Of a stretch of 64,000 nt of DNA, positions 56,957-64,000 are shown piece by piece. Position numbers and translations under genes: made by a program. Numbering within the stretch: the first letter of the stretch is position 1; every line of letters begins with the position of its first letter. The notes beneath the pieces were generated by a model that worked only from the letters and a program-made list of their open reading frames with translations, searched no databases and was not told the DNA's origin. Source of the DNA: Chrysomallon squamiferum (Eukaryota > Animalia > Mollusca); NCBI GenBank assembly GCA_012295275.1, contig CM022668.1, positions 2,480,001-2,544,000 on the forward strand. Reading direction: 5' to 3'.

Positions 56957-58173
56957 TACATATACATACCTACATAAATATACATACGTATGTAATCAAA
57001 CACATAAATTGTGTTTAAATAAGAGCAACAATAATAAGATTCAAAAACAATAAATAAATGTAAGAAAGTGTTACTGTTACAATTACTTGAAACAAAATAA
57101 CAATTTTTAATTTTCGATAAATGTGAAACATTTTCGTTGTCCATAACCTGCGTCAGTTATAAATTTTATTTACGAATCACAAATAAATAATAAACAAACA
57201 TGAAATGGAACTGGAAACAGTTAAAGATATTAAAGCAAACAAAAAAATACGTATTTGAAAAACTGAAGATACACAAGACTTTATAACATATTTCCCACAG
57301 AATATTTCGTGTATCTGTTTGCTAATCTACGAGTTTGAAATGTTAATTGTCAACAGAAATTAACAAACCAGTTTTACAACTACTGTAACAGCAACTACTA
57401 CTACTACTACTATCACTATCGCCATAACTATCACCACTACTATTACTACTACCACTACAACTACTACTACAACCACCTCTACTACAATCATGTTACTACG
57501 AAAACTACTACTATGACTCAATTACTACTACTACTACAACCACTACTACTACTACTACTAACACTTCAACTATTAGCATTACTACTACCACAATTATTAA
57601 TACTAGCATTTCCATTACTATTACTATCGTTACTAACATTACTACAAATATTACAAGTATTATTAATATTACTGGAGCTAAAATTTTGTTACTACCATAA
57701 CAACAACTACTACTAGTACTACTACTACTACTACTACTACTATTAGTATTATTATTAGAACTGCTGCCACTGTTACTACTACTAATCTTAGTACTACTTT
57801 AACAATTACTTTTATTAAAACGTCAACAACAAAAGAAGTAGAAGCAATAGATAATAAATAACAATAACAAGTAAATAAATAATAAAAATAATAAACAAAC
57901 AAATAAATAATAACAAATAAATAAATAAATATAACAATAATAAACAAACGTAAATAAATCAGTAAATTAATAAACAAATAAATAATAACAGTAATAAACA
58001 AATAAATAAACAAACAAATAAATAATAATAATAAATAAACAAATAAATAAATAATAAATAAATATATAAATACATAAATAAATAAATCAGTACATTAATA
58101 AATAAATAAATATCAATGAAGTGAAAATCGGTGGAGATCAAAGTGCTATAAACTTGTGCGTTACAACAATTTG

Positions 58174-58216
<43 letters not shown>

Positions 58217-58346
58217 TTCTAAATAATAACAAGATATCATCAAATATGGCATTAATTTCATTTTATCGCAGTGACATTTTACAACAACATCAAAACTTTC
58301 GCTTAATAAATAACAAGCGTAAAAATCTGATTTAAAAATCACTTAC

Positions 58347-58471
58347 CTTAAAAATCTGTCCCACAAACAAAACAAAAAAAACAAGTATATTTCTTCATCC
58401 AAAAAATCTATAACACAAAACACACATTCACAAACATTATAGTTCTAATTATTATTATTATTATTATTTCT

Positions 58472-58507
<36 letters not shown>

Positions 58508-58680
58508 CTCCAAAAATGACGATGTATATGAAACAGTACAATTCACTTCCTTTCCGCTGGTGTTAGCTCGCGCAATGCGCGTGCAACAAACAGCGCGCGA
58601 TCAGTTCTGTGTACGTCTTCATAATGCTAAATTCTGTTCGAGAAGTGTAACTACAGAAAAATCCGATCGTTCGACACAGT
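58347..58680 (-). other. Candidate alternative first (5' UTR) exon ending at a consensus donor; 5' end approximate
   Basis: Perfect donor AAG|GTAAGT (exon end 58347), about 330 nt downstream of a GC-box cluster. The TSS is inferred, not observed. Confidence 0.45.
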
Positions 58681-58780
58681 GTGGCGGGAGGGCTGGCGGG
58701 CGGGCGGGAGCGCGCGCGCTTGGCCAGGAAGCTCTGCCTACGTCATCAATACAGCGAACACAGTAGCGTTCCTAGGAATA
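58550..58780 (-). promoter_or_regulatory. CpG/GC-rich promoter-like island
   Basis: GTGGCGGGAGGGCTGGCGGGCGGGCGGGAGCGCGCGCGC (58681-58719), i.e. clustered Sp/KLF-type GC boxes. CRE half-site CGTCA at 58741. ETS-like CACTTCC at ~58544. One of the most GC-rich patches in the window. Confidence 0.5.
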
Positions 58781-60852
58781 AAGAGCAGACGAAGACAAAA
58801 ACGTGTTCTCAATAGAATCTCTCTCTCTCTCTTTTCTCTGTAGCTGCATTGATGTGAACTGTGAAAGCTGATATCATGTTATTGTGGTCGTTAAGGACGA
58901 ATGGACAGAATTATAATATAATAATTATTCATGCGTGTCTTATCTTTGTTGAAAACGTCTGTAGAGACAGACACACTCACGTACAAATAATTCATACGGA
59001 CGCAAACACAAAACAAAAGGATGAAAGAGACAGAAATAACATTATTTTGAATAAAACACTTTCTGTGATATTTTGCTTAGCAGCAGAAACTATAATTATT
59101 ATCAGCAGCAAGAATAATAATAATAATAATAATAATAGTAATAGTAATAGTAGTAGTAGTAGTAGTAGTAGGAACAATGATTATAATAACAGTAATACGT
59201 ATAATAATGATTATTATTACAGTAAAACGTATAATAATAATTATGATTATAAAAGTAATAATAATGAAAATAATAATAATAATAATAATAACAAATAAGA
59301 AAAAGAAGAACAGACAAGAAGAAGAAAGAAAGAACTAACAAGGACTTTGGTTTTGTTAAAAATGGCTGGATAAAAATTAAATTATTTTTTATTTCACAAA
59401 CTCTGGTTTCAACTAGTTAAAATAAAATTTATTTGTACAAATTTGATATCTGAGTTTGTATCATTATTATCCACCCACATACAAAAAAAAAAATTTTAAA
59501 ATCTCTAATTCAATACTAATTTAGGAACGGGAGAAAGAAGAGCGTTATAATTTTATTAATTTAAACAGCAGACTGTTTATAATCTGACATGCAGTACGTT
59601 TGATATTCAAATAAAAGAACACCCAAGTTGGAACGGTATATTCGACAACAGTCTACGGTGTGAGGAGAAAACGAACGACGTTTCAAGAATAATTTCAGCT
59701 AACAGGTTGCTTGACGTACCACCTGTGACAGACTCCTGTCCCCATGGAGACAGAGTCACGTGCAGAATTTCTAAGAGAAAGATTCATTATGGCTGCCATA
59801 GTCTTGAGAAAACGACAAAATGCAAATGGCTAATAAATATGTGGCGCGCAGTCTCGATCTCCGGAGACTTCGCGATTTGACCGAGAAACATAAAGAACTA
59901 ATAATATTATGCAGACGAGATCTGTGCACTTGAAGAGATAAGATAAAAAAAAAAAAAAAAAAAAGGAAAAAGAAGAAAAAAAGAAAAAGAAAAAGTAGAA
60001 GAAAAAAGGCAGAATAAGTAAGAAGAAAGAAGAAGATGACAGAAGAGAAAGAAGAAGAAGAACGAAGAAGAAAAATGGAATGAAAATGGGAAGAAAAATG
60101 ACAGCGATTTAAATCTACAAGATTTTTGTGAGATTGCAAATGGATCGGATTGTTTCAAGTTTTATTAACGAAATGATCTGAATAAGTCTAAATTAGCAGC
60201 TCAAGAATTAAAGCAAACTACACAAAACAATCTCAATATTTTTTTAAACCTTTCCGTATGGAAGTATTTCCATAAACTCTACTAACTACAACGTCACCGT
60301 TACACCATCATCATCACCGCTGCTACCACCAACACCACGACGACCACTGTGATTATTACTAGGACTGCTGCGTCTATTACTACCACTACCACTAGCTCTT
60401 TAATTAACACTTTTCCGATGCTTAGTTCATTAAACACTTTGATATATAGTGTCTAGACAGTTGTTTCACAAGATAAAAATATTTTAAATTAAAATAGACC
60501 TCTCTTATAAATATTAAACAAAGGGAGACAAGAGAATTTGACTTGTAAAGTGATTTTTGTTATTATTTTAATTTAAAATAAACGTTTAATACTATTTTCT
60601 TCAAATTGTATTGTAAATTATTTCGATTTTATTTTCCAAAAATATATTATGGTAATTTCTCAGTTACGGGTGAAAAAAAAAAAAAAAAAAAAAAAAAAAA
60701 TTATATTTCTAATATCTATCTTACTGAATCAACTAATTAATTAAAATTGTTTGTAGTTTAAATTTTTTTTTTTAATAATTAAAAATTATTTAATTATTTA
60801 TTTTCATGTATTTTTATTTTTTTATTTATTTTTTTAATTATTTATTTATTTT

Positions 60853-60883
<31 letters not shown>

Positions 60884-60963
60884 TTTTATTTTATTTTTTT
60901 TTAAATTTATTTATTTATTTATTTTATTTTTTTTTTATTTTTTTTTTTTAAATCAGAACTTAC

Positions 60964-60986
60964 CTCACGCATCCACAATATTTTCG
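60964..60986 (-). other. Candidate 23-nt micro-exon (CGAAAATATTGTGGATGCGTGAG)
   Basis: About 40 nt of pyrimidine tract ending TTTCCTGTTTCTAG| and a perfect donor GAG|GTAAGT. Same strand as the 28 kb exon. Confidence 0.55.
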
Positions 60987-62534
60987 CTAGAAACAGGAAA
61001 GAAAGAAATAACAAAAGAAATAGAGAATGAACGAAAGAAAAACGATCTATGCATTTCACTTAATCCCTTCATTAATATCACTTTCTGGATTTTCAGTAGT
61101 AATAACAACTATATTAAAATTACTAAGGGAAACAACCTTTTCCAAAAACGTTTCAATATCTATAGGCAGAGTTTTCTCCCATTTTGTATTAACGGCGGAA
61201 ACCCATAAATAAATATATATGAAAAAAAATTCATTTCAAAACTAATAATAGCTGTGAACATTGGTCAGGGGAAATAACTTCAGCATTCAATCATGTTATT
61301 AGTAAATTACTTCCCGTGTAGTGAACTCTCTACATTACAAACTAATAATATATTATGGGAAATAATTATTTTATCCTGTGACAGTAATAATAATAATAAT
61401 AACAATAATAATAATGATTATAATAATAATTAATAATTAATAATAATAATGATAATAATAATATGAAAATATAAAAAATAATAACTAATAATAATAGTAA
61501 TAATGATAATTAACAATAATAATAAATAATAATAATAACAACAACAAATAATAATAATAATAATAAATAATAATAATAATAGTAATAATAATAACTAACA
61601 ATAATAATAATAACAACAACAACAACAAATAATAATAATAATAATAATGATAATAATAAAATAAATAAATAAATAAATAGTAGATAAAAAAATAAATAAA
61701 TAAATAAAAAGATGAAGAACAAGCAAAGAAAGTCTGAAGCCTGAGTTGAACAGAAAGTTTAAATAATAAAAAAAATTAAACTTTAGTTTCAACTCAGTGA
61801 GCAAATAATTACGAGATATTTGTGTAAACTTGAAAAGAGGTTTCCACTCTCACTAATAAATATTTATTTTTTATAATGAGATGCCATATTTAAATTACAC
61901 AGTCATAACATATAAATTAACACTTTCTGCAAATTATATAAGTAAATAAATAAAACTGCAAATAAAAGGAGTAGTGATGGTTAAAAAAAGAAATAAATAA
62001 AATAAGAAAATACAAAAATTCAGCATCATTATATATGTCTTGTAAAAATTAATTTTTTAAAAATATAAAAATAAAGAAAGAAATAAAAATTCAGAATGTT
62101 TTTTATATGTTTTTTATAGAGTAAAACAGATGTGTTACTATAAATGTAATAATAATAATGAAAAGAATAAATTATTATTATTACTGCTGTTGTTATTATT
62201 GATGTATTTATTACTACTACTTTATTATTATTATTATTGCTGTTGTTATTATTAATGTATTTATTACTACTACTACTACTTTTTATTATTATTATTATTG
62301 TATTTTGTTGTATTTATTACTACTACTACTTTATTATTATTATTATTATTATTATTATTTTGTTGTATTTAAATTACTACTATTATTTTAATTATTTATT
62401 GTTGTTGTTGTTGTTGTTTTATTATAAACTATTTTTAATTAGAACTCAGTCTGTATAAAATTCTTTAATTTTGTTTTTGTTGTTGTTATTTTTTGTTACA
62501 AATTCAGTCTGTAATCTTTTACAAATTTGTTCTC

Positions 62535-62635
<101 letters not shown>

Positions 62636-63391
62636 TTGTGTAAAGAAGACTGACACACTTTGAGTCATCTAGGTGTTGTCACAGTTAAATTTTCTGCACA
62701 TTAATTTTTCTTTCTTATGATTTTTCTCACCTGTAATGATTTTTTTTTTTTTTTCAGTCCATTTCTTTCATTACCACAAAAAAGCTTGAATACTTTTCAA
62801 AAGCCAAAATTAATTCTTTGTTATATCATCATTATTATTTTAATTATTTGTAAAACCTTGGAAAGCAAACTGCTTTTAATTAGAATCATTATTAAAATTA
62901 GCTGTTCAGACTGCCTATAAAAGAGGGGTTAAATACACAGGTTAATCAATACTGTATTATAAAAATCATTATTGTACTCAGAGAATTTTTTACCTTTCAC
63001 AAAAAAAAAAAAAAAAGAAAGAAAGAAAAAAATTTTTAAAAGGAATAATAATAAAAATCTTGAGACTTTTGTTAAGAAAGAAAAAACCAAAAAGAGGCAA
63101 ATTGATTTTTTTTTCAACTGTTGTTTAACAAGTGTAGCATTTATGTGAGATTTTCTGTGCAACTGAGAATCATAATTATTTAAATGAAATCAAGAAAGTT
63201 ACCTTAATGTTCTAAAATCTGGAAAAAGTAAATTAAGTATTAGCTGATGTATTATTTTACTAAATTTAGTTAATAATTTACTAATGGAAGATATTGTGAA
63301 TTTGTGAAAATAAATCTTTATACCTCAAATATTCCACTCTCTGTAAAAATTTATTTTATTTTATTTTATTTTATTTTATTTCTATACATAT

Positions 63392-63422
<31 letters not shown>

Positions 63423-64000
63423 TTATTTATGTATTTATTTATTTTTATATTATTTATTTTTTATTTTTCACAGATCAAGTATTACCAGGCTTAAAGTTAT
63501 ATTTTTTATTAAGTAGAATTTTTTGAGTAAAAACTAATAAATTTTAAAATATATTTACATATTTTTACAAACAAAAACCATAATCATCACTGGAAATAAT
63601 AAATTAATTAATTAACAATAATGACAACAACAACAACAACAACAACAACAAAAACAACAACAATAATAATAATAATAATAATAATAATTGAAATAATAAA
63701 TAAATAAATAAATAAACAACCAAATAAATAAAAAAAAATATAATAAAAAAATATATTTTTCCTTTATTACTATTTTACAATTAGATTATTATTAAACACT
63801 TAAATCCTTGTTTTCTTTCTCACTTCAAAATGTCATTAAATCAATATCAGTGAATTAACACAGATTATAACCGATTATCTCAGGCTGTTAACAACTGTGT
63901 CTGTATTTTCTCGTCTGTTTATAAGTCTCGTCTGTGTTTGTGCGACTTGTCACAGCGAAACAGACTGGAACTGGCTGTGAATCGGAAACAATTACCACGA

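Noticed and set aside
60964-60972. Tubulin gene start (MRE)
   Set aside because: No tubulin coding exons anywhere in the 60 kb downstream.

Overview
AT-rich eukaryotic (metazoan) genomic DNA, roughly 30% GC by eye and extremely dense in microsatellites. The repeat style and a tRNA-SINE-like remnant suggest an invertebrate such as a gastropod mollusc (low confidence). Almost every ORF in the supplied track is a translation of simple repeats. The window reads best as the 5' part of one large minus-strand gene with very long introns. There is one convincing exon at 28240-28735: branch point, pyrimidine tract and CAG acceptor, a phase-0 AAG|GTTAGT donor, and an ORF encoding MMASVAYNF...RTKKRNRKKSSSTVSAQKQK. 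Also seen are a GC-box promoter-like island at ~58550-58780 with a perfect donor at 58347, a well-signalled 23-nt micro-exon at 60964-60986, and several weaker candidate micro-exons or alternative first exons, mostly phase 0. The introns alternate SSR blocks with short CpG-rich islands that look like enhancers. They also hold about a dozen minisatellites (17-70 bp units), tRNA-SINE-like and hAT-like remnants, and 14 perfect TGACGTCA (CRE) palindromes, four of them multiplied in a 31-bp minisatellite. I cannot identify the gene. No rRNA, intact tRNA, CRISPR array or intact transposon was found. No novel biological system is demonstrable from sequence alone; the best leads are the splice architecture and the CRE/donor-multiplying minisatellite.
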